DNA of 64,000 nt from a virus. The position numbers were made by a program, and so were the translations under genes. Below, in pieces: positions 1 to 8,375 of the stretch (position 1 is its first letter; each line of letters begins with the position of its first letter). The notes below the pieces were generated by a model. The model was given only the letters and a program-made list of their open reading frames with translations. It was not told the origin of the DNA and made no database searches. The DNA lies in the IMG/VR virus record IMGVR_UViG_3300017773_000004, positions 5,056 through 69,055 of that record; one strand, written 5' to 3'.

Positions 1-2
1 GA

Positions 3-242
3 GAACAAGCAGAAAATAATTTAAAAGTACAACTAGAAGCCGTTGGAAAACTTACTGAAGCAAATACTACAATGCAAGCAGAAATGGATGACTACTTATC
101 TATTTTCAAGAGGCATGACCTTACTAAGTTAGCACGAGTAAAGCCCGGGCTTATCGAGCCTCGAATCAACAACGGCACGAAAAAAGTGTTTGAACAGATA
201 GAAAAAGACAGTGAAGAGGTGGAAAATGCGGACAGCAACTAG
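3..242 (+). CDS. i-spanin (Rz-like), 5'-truncated by the window edge
   Basis: Open frame read manually (EQAENNLKVQ...LARVKPGLIEPRINNGTKKVFEQIEKDS...) ending at TAG 240-242. It is coiled-coil-like and overlaps a lipoprotein gene, the usual two-component spanin layout. Confidence 0.65.
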   Translation, partial: EQAENNLKVQLEAVGKLTEANTTMQAEMDDYLSIFKRHDLTKLARVKPGLIEPRINNGTKKVFEQIEKDSEEVENADSN

Positions 243-597
243 TTTTTTAATTATAGTATTTTTATCTGGTTGTTCTTTTATGAAAAGTGACCCTTTGCCA
301 ACCCCGGAGCCAGTTATAAAAACTGTAACTGAATATAAAACACTGGAGATCTATCAGCCTCAACTCCCTAAAAAAATAGATTTGCAAGATGTAGAATTTT
401 TTGTAGTGACAGAAAAAAATCTTGAAGAACAGATTGCAAAAATCTCAAAAATGCAGGGCGGAACATTTGTTATATTTGGAATGACGCCCCAAGACTATGA
501 AAATATGGCGTTTAACTTACAAGAACTTCGTAGGTATATACGCCAACAAAAAGAAATAATTATCTACTATCGAGATGCAACAAAAGTAGAGCAGTAA
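226..597 (+). CDS. o-spanin (Rz1-like) outer-membrane lipoprotein
   Basis: ATG at 226 gives MRTATSFLIIVFLSGC, a signal peptide with an LSGC lipobox, followed by a Pro-rich segment. It overlaps the preceding ORF. Confidence 0.7.
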   Translation: MRTATSFLIIVFLSGCSFMKSDPLPTPEPVIKTVTEYKTLEIYQPQLPKKIDLQDVEFFVVTEKNLEEQIAKISKMQGGTFVIFGMTPQDYENMAFNLQELRRYIRQQKEIIIYYRDATKVEQ

Positions 598-600
598 ATT

Positions 601-1905
601 ATGACAGTACAAATAAGCAGAGCCGATATAGTATGGGAATCTCTGCTCGATTTACAATCTGAGACACGCTTCCTCAAGCTGCCAGTAGAGCCCTATTTAG
701 AGCTGCTCGGCATAACTCCACTACCGTCCCAGGTAGCAATCATCAATGCGATAAATAATAATAAGTATCGCTTCGTTTGCGCGGCAGTATCACGTCGACA
801 GGGTAAAACCTATATTGCAAACATTATCGGCCAACTAGTCTCCCTAGTTCCGAATTCAAACATTCTTATAATGTCTCCTAACTATGCGTTGTCTCAGATT
901 TCTTTTGATCTTCAAAGGAACTTAATAAAACATTTTGACTTGGAAGTTGTAAAAGATAACGCAAAGGATAAAGTTATCGAACTGAGTAATGGATCGACAG
1001 TAAGAATGGGCTCAGTAAACCAAGTTGATTCCTGTGTAGGTAGAAGCTACGATTTAATTATCTTTGACGAAGCGGCGTTGGCAGACGGGCGTGACGCATT
1101 TAACGTAGCACTTCGACCTACTCTTGATAAGGATAACTCAAAAGCTATCTTTATCTCGACGCCTCGCGGCAGGAACAACTGGTTTGCAGAGTTTTTTGAT
1201 AGAGGATTTAACGATGAATTTTCCGAGTGGTGCTCAATTCGTGCAACTTATATAGACAACCCACGAATGTCCGAGACTGATATTGCCGAAGCAAGAAAAA
1301 GTATGTCAGATGCTGAATTCAGACAAGAGTATGAAGCAGACTTTAATACTTACGAAGGTCAGATTTGGAACTTCAACCACGAAATATGTATAGCTAATAA
1401 CGAAGCGTTGGATATCAGCGGTATGGATGTATTTGCAGGGCTTGATGTAGGTTATCGAGACCCTACTGCTTTTTGTGTAATTGCGTATGACTGGGATGAG
1501 CAAGTGTACTATGTACTTGATGAGTACATGGATGCTGAAAAAACAACGGAACAACATGCCGCTAAAATACAAGAAATGATAGATAAGTGGGAAATTGATT
1601 ATATTTATATAGATTCCGCCGCACAACAAACTCGATTTGACTTTGCACAGAATTACGATATTTCTACTATAAATGCAAAGAAGTCAGTTTTAGACGGAAT
1701 CGCACACGTAGCCGCTATAGTTGATAACGATAAGCTACTAGTCGATCAACGATCCGATCAAGTACTTTCTTGCCTTGATCAGTATCAATGGGACTCAAAT
1801 CCAAATTTAGCTAGGGAGAAACCCAGGCATAATATGGCATCTCACATGGCTGACGCTTTGCGATACGCACTGTATTCATTTGAGACATCGCAGACCGGCT
1901 TTTAG
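601..1905 (+). CDS. terL: terminase large subunit (T5-like)
   Basis: Walker A SRRQGKT, Walker B IIFDEA, ISTP coupling motif, nuclease motifs GLDVG and HMADALRYA. Confidence 0.95.
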   Translation: MTVQISRADIVWESLLDLQSETRFLKLPVEPYLELLGITPLPSQVAIINAINNNKYRFVCAAVSRRQGKTYIANIIGQLVSLVPNSNILIMSPNYALSQISFDLQRNLIKHFDLEVVKDNAKDKVIELSNGSTVRMGSVNQVDSCVGRSYDLIIFDEAALADGRDAFNVALRPTLDKDNSKAIFISTPRGRNNWFAEFFDRGFNDEFSEWCSIRATYIDNPRMSETDIAEARKSMSDAEFRQEYEADFNTYEGQIWNFNHEICIANNEALDISGMDVFAGLDVGYRDPTAFCVIAYDWDEQVYYVLDEYMDAEKTTEQHAAKIQEMIDKWEIDYIYIDSAAQQTRFDFAQNYDISTINAKKSVLDGIAHVAAIVDNDKLLVDQRSDQVLSCLDQYQWDSNPNLAREKPRHNMASHMADALRYALYSFETSQTGF

Positions 1906-1911
1906 TAATAC

Positions 1912-1956
1912 CTCAGAAAAATAATGTTTGACAATTTATCTTACAGAGGCTATAAT
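1912..1956 (+). promoter_or_regulatory. sigma70 consensus promoter with A-rich upstream element
   Basis: TTGACA (1928-1933), 17-nt spacer, TATAAT (1951-1956), preceded by CAGAAAAATAATGT. Confidence 0.9.
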
Positions 1957-1963
1957 GCAAAGT

Positions 1964-2347
1964 ATGAAAAAGCTCAAAAGAGATCCAGTGAAATACATAA
2001 GGGATCGAGCAAAATCAAAATACGAAAAAGAAAGTGAATGTTACATCTGCGGAACGGACTCTCAGTTAGATTTTCATCATTTTTATTCTTTAGCTCCCCT
2101 ACTTAGACAGTGGCTAAAAGTAAAAACAAAAGAACGTCCAGAACATTATACTAATGAGTATATTGTCATTTGGAGAGATGAATTTATAGAAGATAACTGG
2201 GCAGAACTCTATGACCATACCGTTACTATCTGTCATGCACACCACATGGAATTACATAAAGTTTACGGAAGAAATCCCGGACTAGGAACAGCGACAAAAC
2301 AAATGCGCTGGGTAGACATTCAAAGAGAAAAGCATGGCATGGTATAA
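1964..2347 (+). CDS. HNH endonuclease (position of the T5 putative nicking endonuclease between TerL and portal)
   Basis: CYIC...LDFHH...TICHAHHMELH zinc/HNH motifs. The ORF-track start at 1928 lies on the -35 box, so ATG 1964 is preferred. Confidence 0.85.
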   Translation: MKKLKRDPVKYIRDRAKSKYEKESECYICGTDSQLDFHHFYSLAPLLRQWLKVKTKERPEHYTNEYIVIWRDEFIEDNWAELYDHTVTICHAHHMELHKVYGRNPGLGTATKQMRWVDIQREKHGMV

Positions 2348-3536
2348 TAACATTTTTAGCGGAAAGAAGGATGAAGATTTAGAAGAAAAACTAAATCCAA
2401 TTCAGCCATACTACGACAAAACTTCTGAACGCTCACGCGAGTTTACTTTTAATTATGAGAGAGCCTACGAAGAGCTCGAAATTGTAAACAGAGGCGTAAA
2501 TTTAATTGTGGATGATTGTGCAGAAATAGACACAATCGTTCAACCTCTAGGTAGCTATCCTGGAATCGTAAAAGGCACTAAAGCTAGCAAAGTTTCAATT
2601 TTACTTAATAGAGAGCCAAATCCTTTTCAGGATATTTCTTCTTTTAGACGAAACTTATTCACAGACTACATCCTAGATGGAAACATTTTTATATATTTTG
2701 ATGGTGCCCATGTGTACCATATGCCTGCAAGTAAAATGTCAATTCATGCAAGCAAAACAACTTATGTGGATCACTATAAATTCGAAGCTTCAGAAGAGCG
2801 TTTTTCTCCTAATGAGATTATTCACATAAAAGACAATTCATTTTACTCCATTTATAGAGGAGTGTCCAGACTAAAGCCGGCACTTCGAACAATGAATCTC
2901 ATGAGAAGCATGAGAGATTTTCAAGATAACTTCTTTAAGAATGGGGCAGTTCCCGGGCTTGTACTAAAGTCCCCAAATACCCTCTCAGAAAAAATCAAAG
3001 AAAGAATGATTCAATCTTGGTCTTTACGGTATAGACCGGACGCAGGAGGTAGGAGACCCCTTATTCTAGATGGTGGACTAGAAGTAGACGAAATTTCAAA
3101 TATAAATTTCAAGGAACTTGACTTTCAAGCAGCAATTGAAGAAAACGAAAAAATTATTTTGAAAGCTCTTGGAGTTCCCCCAATAATGTTAGATTCTGGA
3201 AACAATGCAAACATTCGACCAAATATGCGAATGTACTATTTAGAAACTGTTTTACCCATTGTAAGAAAAGTAAATGCAGCATACTCCAGATTCTTTGGAT
3301 TTGTAATTAACGAAGATATTACAAACATTCCTGCACTGCAGCCTGAGCTACGAGACCAAGCAACTTTTTATACTTCTCTCGTAAATGCAGGAATCATTAC
3401 GCCAAACGAAGCACGTACAGCTATGAATTTTGATGAGCTGCCCGATGCAGATGAAATTAGAATCCCTGCGAATATTGCAGGCAGCGCGGTTGACCCCGCA
3501 CAAGGCGGTCGACCAGTAGAGCAAGAGGAAGATTAA
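2334..3536 (+). CDS. portal protein (HK97 family, T5 pb7-like)
   Basis: DGNIFIY, EIIHIK...YRGVSRL, FFKNGAVPG, ALGVPP and GIITPNEAR motifs; 400 aa; follows terL. Confidence 0.93.
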   Translation: MAWYNNIFSGKKDEDLEEKLNPIQPYYDKTSERSREFTFNYERAYEELEIVNRGVNLIVDDCAEIDTIVQPLGSYPGIVKGTKASKVSILLNREPNPFQDISSFRRNLFTDYILDGNIFIYFDGAHVYHMPASKMSIHASKTTYVDHYKFEASEERFSPNEIIHIKDNSFYSIYRGVSRLKPALRTMNLMRSMRDFQDNFFKNGAVPGLVLKSPNTLSEKIKERMIQSWSLRYRPDAGGRRPLILDGGLEVDEISNINFKELDFQAAIEENEKIILKALGVPPIMLDSGNNANIRPNMRMYYLETVLPIVRKVNAAYSRFFGFVINEDITNIPALQPELRDQATFYTSLVNAGIITPNEARTAMNFDELPDADEIRIPANIAGSAVDPAQGGRPVEQEED

Positions 3537-3868
3537 TGGCATCCAGAAATAGAATGCGACGTCAAGTTACTGCTAAATTAGTCCCCCAATTTAGAGATTG
3601 GGAACTACCACGTGACATTGACTACAAAAGTTACTGTGGTATTGTTGATAGGCCTGTTCTTCCAATAGAGATTCAAAAATCTTATTATAATTGGAAAACA
3701 GCAGTACTCTCTGTTGTACAGGCTGCTCCAGAAATTTTTAAGAAAAAGCCGGCTCCGACACCTAAAGCAGCACCTAAAGCAGCACCTAAAGCTGCACCTA
3801 AAGCTGATCCTTTGGAAAAACTGAGCCAAGCTGCACCTAAAGCAGAAGTAAAGAGTAAAGATAAATGA
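3536..3868 (+). CDS. small basic protein with PKAA repeats, unknown function
   Basis: 110 aa, coupled to both neighbours (TAATG and ATGAATAA-type overlaps), C-terminal (PKAA)n tail. Confidence 0.75.
   Translation: MASRNRMRRQVTAKLVPQFRDWELPRDIDYKSYCGIVDRPVLPIEIQKSYYNWKTAVLSVVQAAPEIFKKKPAPTPKAAPKAAPKAAPKADPLEKLSQAAPKAEVKSKDK
3761..3806 (+). repeat. 12-bp coding tandem repeat CCTAAAGC(A/T)GCA, about 4 copies
   Basis: Seen directly; encodes PKAA repeats, with one further copy near 3830-3845. Confidence 0.85.
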
Positions 3869-5874
3869 ATAAGATTTTTAACCTAACTTCTACGTTCAAA
3901 GCTCTCGAGGATGATGACGGATGCGTTACCATTACTGGAATGGCTAGTACAAAAGACTTTGATCGGGCAGGAGATACAATTGTACCCGAAGCCTGGACAA
4001 AAGGCGGACTAAGTAATTTTGAGAAAAATCCAATTATTTTGTTCAATCATGATTATAACAAACCCATTGGCCGAGCCACTGGGTTAAAAGTTACAGAAAA
4101 CGGACTAGAAATGAAAGCAAAAATTTCAAAATCAGCTCCTGATTCTGTTGCTCAACTTGTTAAAGAAGGTATCCTTGGAGCGTTTTCTGTCGGTTTCAAA
4201 GTCAAGGATGCTGATTACCTTGAAGAAACCGACGGATTAAAAATAAAGGATGCTGAGTTGTTTGAGGTATCAGTGGTATCGGTACCTTGTAATCAAGCAG
4301 CTACATTCTCTCTGGCGAAGTCTTTCGATTCTGAGCAGGATTATGAGGACTTCAAGAAAACTTTTAAAAGCGAGGAAGATTCCTCTTCAATGGAGAACGA
4401 AATGTCGGAAGAAACTAAAACTCCCGAAATCGACCTAGATGCTTTTGCTAAGAAGGTAGCGGAAGAGACTGCTGCTAAGATTGCAATTCGTCAGGCCGAA
4501 GAAAAAGCCGCAGCTGAGCAAGCTGTAGTTCAAGAACAACAAGAAATGGCTAAAGCCGCTGAAGCTAAAGCTCAGCAGGAAGAAGAAGTACAGGCAGCAA
4601 TCAAAGTCGGTGTTGAATCCGGCGCTGATCGCCTCATGTCTGATATGGAAGCCAAGATGCAAGAGAAGGATGCTGATCTGAATAAGATTGTAGCAGAACA
4701 CGCCGAAGTCCTTAAGGAGAAGCAGTCAGAGCTTGACGCAATGCGCGAGTCTAAGCGTGTATTCTCTGATCGTGATTCAGGAAATGTGGAAGCTTATGCA
4801 AAAGACCTCATGTATGCTCATATGCTGGGTGTTTATACGCAAAAAGGTTTTGACACTAACTATGCTCGAAATGTCTTCCAAAAAGCAGGTATTAGCTACC
4901 CCACGGGTGCTATTACAGGCGCTACGGATAACTTGCTTTCCTTGACTGTTTCAACTCAGATCGAGAAAGAAGTACAGTTTCAGTACAAAGTAGCTCAACT
5001 TTTCCGTGAGATTCAAATGAACTCTCAATCTATGGTTCTTCCCCTGCAAAAAGATACTAGCACTGCCGTTTTCCACACTGGCGGTGAGAGTGAGCTGGGT
5101 GTAGGCGGTACTGCTAACTCAGGCGCTGGTACAGGTCTTTCTGCTGCCGGTGGCACTGCAGGTACATATGCTGTTACACAATCAGTAATGCAAGCACATC
5201 GATTGATTTCAACCACTTTCATGGACAATCACATTGACGAAGAAGTTCTTGTAAATCTTCTTCCTATGTTGACTGAAGGTGTTGCACGTGCTCACGCAAA
5301 AGCAGTAGATAAGATGGTCGTACTTGGGGAATCTTCTCCTGCCATTACTGGCTTGGAAGGTGCAGCTCAAGCTTCTAACTATGGTGAGCTTGACCTTGAC
5401 GGCGCTACTCTTGGTGCCACAGGTAACGACATTGACGCGGCTAGCCTGACTTCAGGTCTGCTTCTTGGCGCTCGACGTTCAATGGGTAAGTATGGTCTCG
5501 ACCCTGCAGACGTAGTATATATCGTAGGCATGAACCGTTACTACGATCTGATTGCAGATGCAGGGTTTGCAGACATCACTGATGTTGGTTCAAATATTGC
5601 AACCAAGATCACTGGTAGCATTGGTGCTGTATACGGCTCGCCCGTAGTTCTTACAGACCATGTAGAAGCAGAATCTGCTGGTAACAGTGTTGCATATGCT
5701 GTGAATGTTGCTAACTATGTGATTCCTCGACTCCGCGGTGTAACCGTAGAGCAAGACTATGAGATTGCTCGACAGCGTCAGCTGATCGTTGCTACTCAGT
5801 CACTTGGTTTCCACGAGATGTTCGCTGCCTCGGGCACTGATCAGCCTTGTGTTAAAGTAGTATTCCAGGCTTAA
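3865..5874 (+). CDS. fused HK97-type prohead protease, scaffold (delta) domain and major capsid protein
   Basis: N-terminal protease motifs (DRAGD, ILFNHD, AFSVGF, LFEVSVVSVPCN), an Ala/Glu/Gln coiled coil, then a capsid-like C-terminus followed by a strong terminator. Confidence 0.9.
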   Translation: MNKIFNLTSTFKALEDDDGCVTITGMASTKDFDRAGDTIVPEAWTKGGLSNFEKNPIILFNHDYNKPIGRATGLKVTENGLEMKAKISKSAPDSVAQLVKEGILGAFSVGFKVKDADYLEETDGLKIKDAELFEVSVVSVPCNQAATFSLAKSFDSEQDYEDFKKTFKSEEDSSSMENEMSEETKTPEIDLDAFAKKVAEETAAKIAIRQAEEKAAAEQAVVQEQQEMAKAAEAKAQQEEEVQAAIKVGVESGADRLMSDMEAKMQEKDADLNKIVAEHAEVLKEKQSELDAMRESKRVFSDRDSGNVEAYAKDLMYAHMLGVYTQKGFDTNYARNVFQKAGISYPTGAITGATDNLLSLTVSTQIEKEVQFQYKVAQLFREIQMNSQSMVLPLQKDTSTAVFHTGGESELGVGGTANSGAGTGLSAAGGTAGTYAVTQSVMQAHRLISTTFMDNHIDEEVLVNLLPMLTEGVARAHAKAVDKMVVLGESSPAITGLEGAAQASNYGELDLDGATLGATGNDIDAASLTSGLLLGARRSMGKYGLDPADVVYIVGMNRYYDLIADAGFADITDVGSNIATKITGSIGAVYGSPVVLTDHVEAESAGNSVAYAVNVANYVIPRLRGVTVEQDYEIARQRQLIVATQSLGFHEMFAASGTDQPCVKVVFQA

Positions 5875-5886
5875 TATTAGCCTTGC

Positions 5887-5917
5887 AAACTGGGGAGGTT
5901 CGCCTCCCCAAGTTTTT
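5887..5917 (+). terminator. Rho-independent terminator after the capsid gene
   Basis: TGGGGAGG-TTCG-CCTCCCCA hairpin followed by AGTTTTT. Confidence 0.9.
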
Positions 5918-5929
5918 ATCATTTGACTT

Positions 5930-6502
5930 ATGGCATTATTGATTACTTTACAGCAATTTAAAGATGCGGAGCAGATTACGAATCCAAGGGATGACTATAA
6001 GCTTTCTCGCATAATTGATTCTGTGAGCCAAATGGTAAAAACTTACTGTGGAAATAGTATTATTGACTACTATTCTACAAATTTTACAGAAGAATTTAGC
6101 ATTAATTGGGGTACTCATGTAATTCAGCTAACAGAGAGTCCGGTTAATGCAATCGTTTCAGTTGAAAAAAGGGACACGGCAACGTCCAGCTACACTACTG
6201 TACCAACTACAGATTATTATCTAGACAAAAACACGGATAGTGTACTGTACGTTGCCGGATCCTCTTATCAAAATTGGCCTCAAGGTGCAGGCTCTGTAAA
6301 AGTAACTTACACAGCCGGGTATGCCGCCACTCCTCACGATCTTCAAATAGCAGTAATTGATTTAATCAACTACTATTTCAAAGATGAGCATAAAACTCGA
6401 CGAACTTTGCAAGGTGCAAGCATGGAAAATGCACCTAGCGGCGAAACAAAAGGTTTTCCGGACCACATTAAACGAGTTTTAGATATGTATAAGAACTTTT
6501 AA
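5930..6502 (+). CDS. head completion / head-tail adaptor (T5 p144-like)
   Basis: VKTYCG, VKVTYTAGY...P.DL..A and FPDHIKRVLDMY motifs typical of gp6/gp15-like adaptors; follows the capsid gene. Confidence 0.8.
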   Translation: MALLITLQQFKDAEQITNPRDDYKLSRIIDSVSQMVKTYCGNSIIDYYSTNFTEEFSINWGTHVIQLTESPVNAIVSVEKRDTATSSYTTVPTTDYYLDKNTDSVLYVAGSSYQNWPQGAGSVKVTYTAGYAATPHDLQIAVIDLINYYFKDEHKTRRTLQGASMENAPSGETKGFPDHIKRVLDMYKNF

Positions 6503-7863
6503 TGTCTCGCGCTGATCAGATAGTTTTTTTATCAAAGCTAGATGCTGAAATGTCCAAGAAAAAGGGCAATAAACTATACAGAAGGCAGAGAGCAAATAGA
6601 AAGTTCCATAACTTTAGTATGAGTGTGGATAAGATTATTGAAGGAATAAGTGATTTTTTAGTAAAAAATTATATTGACGACTTAAAAAATGCCGACCCTT
6701 CAACAACTCCGATAGGTTTTATAACTGATAAAGAAATTGCTACAAAAGTTCAAAGTTTTGTAACAAAAATTAGAAATAAAATTAATGCTTTGCCAGCAGA
6801 AACTGTGGTAAAAGAACCAAACTGGGATAAAGTAACATCTTTTAGCGTAGGTTTTAACTTTGAAGATAATGATGTATACAGAAAAATCTATAGGTTATAC
6901 CAAAAAGAGATAGGAGAGTTAGCAGCAGAAGTTGCAGAAGAACTCACCATTGTACTTGGAGGCAAAAAACAAGAGATAAAAGGCAAACAAATAGCAAATT
7001 TATCTCATGCCTTATTCCAAGGTGTTATAGAAAACTACATATATGATATAATTGATAATGCTCGACAAAAACAAACCGAAATAGATCATACAAGTTTTAA
7101 AAGGTGGGTAGAAACACAAACAGAAGACTCTGGAGTTTTAGAAGTTATTCGAGACTCCAAAAATGATACCATGTCGGTGGAAATTGGTTCCTCAGTATTA
7201 AATGCTGAAGAAGGAAGAAAAGCTCAAAATGCAAAAAGACAACTAAGAGATCTTGTACGCGAAGGCTTAGAAAAACTTCGAGCAGATCCAAATGCAGTAT
7301 TAGTAGAACTAGGCGGCTCCGACAGCTTTAAAACAAAACATCGAAAAAAAGTAGTAAAAGCAGCAACTGATCCTTTTATTAAAAAAACCAAAGCAAAAGT
7401 AAAGCGTGAAAATGTAAAGCCTCAAGAGTCTCGTACTCATACTAAAGGAAAAAAGAAAGGAAGTAATACTTTTTCTACTAAAAATCCAAGTCTTAAAAAT
7501 AAAAAAGCCAGTGGAGCTGCTCCAAGATTTGCAAAAAAAGGTGTTGCATCTCAACCTTTTGAAATGCTAATAGGAGTTCTAAATAGTAAGCTACCTCAAG
7601 TAGTTGCAAAAAATATGGGTCCTCCTCGATTAGCATTTAGAACAGGACGATTTGCAAGATCAACAAGAATTACAGATATAGCAACAACAGGTAAAGGGTT
7701 TCCAAGTGTTGGCTATACTTATATGAGAGGACCGTACGAAACATTCGAAGTAGGTAATCGTCAAGGCAGTACTGATCGAGATCCTAGAAAACTAATCGAT
7801 TTGTCCATACGAGAAATCGCAGCCGAGTACGCAATAGGAAGATTCTTTACTAGGAGAGTATAA
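6502..7863 (+). CDS. tail completion / neck protein (T5 p143-like) with long N-terminal region
   Basis: C-terminal NMGPPRLAFRTGRFARS...YTY...PYETFE...RDPRKLIDLSIREIA; synteny between adaptor and tail terminator. Confidence 0.65.
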   Translation: MSRADQIVFLSKLDAEMSKKKGNKLYRRQRANRKFHNFSMSVDKIIEGISDFLVKNYIDDLKNADPSTTPIGFITDKEIATKVQSFVTKIRNKINALPAETVVKEPNWDKVTSFSVGFNFEDNDVYRKIYRLYQKEIGELAAEVAEELTIVLGGKKQEIKGKQIANLSHALFQGVIENYIYDIIDNARQKQTEIDHTSFKRWVETQTEDSGVLEVIRDSKNDTMSVEIGSSVLNAEEGRKAQNAKRQLRDLVREGLEKLRADPNAVLVELGGSDSFKTKHRKKVVKAATDPFIKKTKAKVKRENVKPQESRTHTKGKKKGSNTFSTKNPSLKNKKASGAAPRFAKKGVASQPFEMLIGVLNSKLPQVVAKNMGPPRLAFRTGRFARSTRITDIATTGKGFPSVGYTYMRGPYETFEVGNRQGSTDRDPRKLIDLSIREIAAEYAIGRFFTRRV

Positions 7864-7865
7864 CT

Positions 7866-8315
7866 GTGGCAAGACTATATACGACACGTAGGTCCGCTAT
7901 CGTAGAAGCCCTAGTTGTTGAATTAAAGAAAATAAATCAAACTGGGAACTTTTTGACTGATGTATTTGATAATGTACATCCTCGCTTGAAGTTCTGGGAT
8001 GAAGTCGATGCATTTCCTGCAATTCATTTGAATGCCGGGTCTGAAACAAGAGAGTATCAAGGAGGTGGTTATAAAGATAGATTCTTAAATATCACTCTTC
8101 GCTGCTATGTAAAAGAAACCGATGCTACAGCAGCTCTTGACAGATTACTGGAAGATGTAGAAACTGTTATCGAAGAAAACGGGCAGTTAGCCTATACAGA
8201 TAGGCAAGGAAACAGTCAAAAAACTTTAGATATTTTAATAGTCAGTATTGAAACTGACGAAGGTGTTCTTGAACCGTTCGGCGTTGCTGAAATGTTGGTA
8301 CAGGTTCATTACTAG
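7866..8315 (+). CDS. tail terminator (T5 p142-like)
   Basis: KFWDEVDAFPAI...ETREY...LLEDVETV...SIETDEGVLEPFG; immediately upstream of the tail tube gene. Confidence 0.8.
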   Translation: MARLYTTRRSAIVEALVVELKKINQTGNFLTDVFDNVHPRLKFWDEVDAFPAIHLNAGSETREYQGGGYKDRFLNITLRCYVKETDATAALDRLLEDVETVIEENGQLAYTDRQGNSQKTLDILIVSIETDEGVLEPFGVAEMLVQVHY

Positions 8316-8356
8316 AAACGGCAGGCACGAACAAAGGTTCACGTCCTAGCCCTTTC
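8315..8356 (+). promoter_or_regulatory. long bulged RNA hairpin in the leader of the tail tube gene
   Basis: GAAA-C-GGC-AGG-C-ACG-AAC [AAAG] GTT-CA-CGT-CCT-A-GCC-C-TTTC can pair end to end; no U tract; lies just upstream of the AGGAG RBS. Confidence 0.55.
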
Positions 8357-8375
8357 AATCTCTAGGAGATAATTT

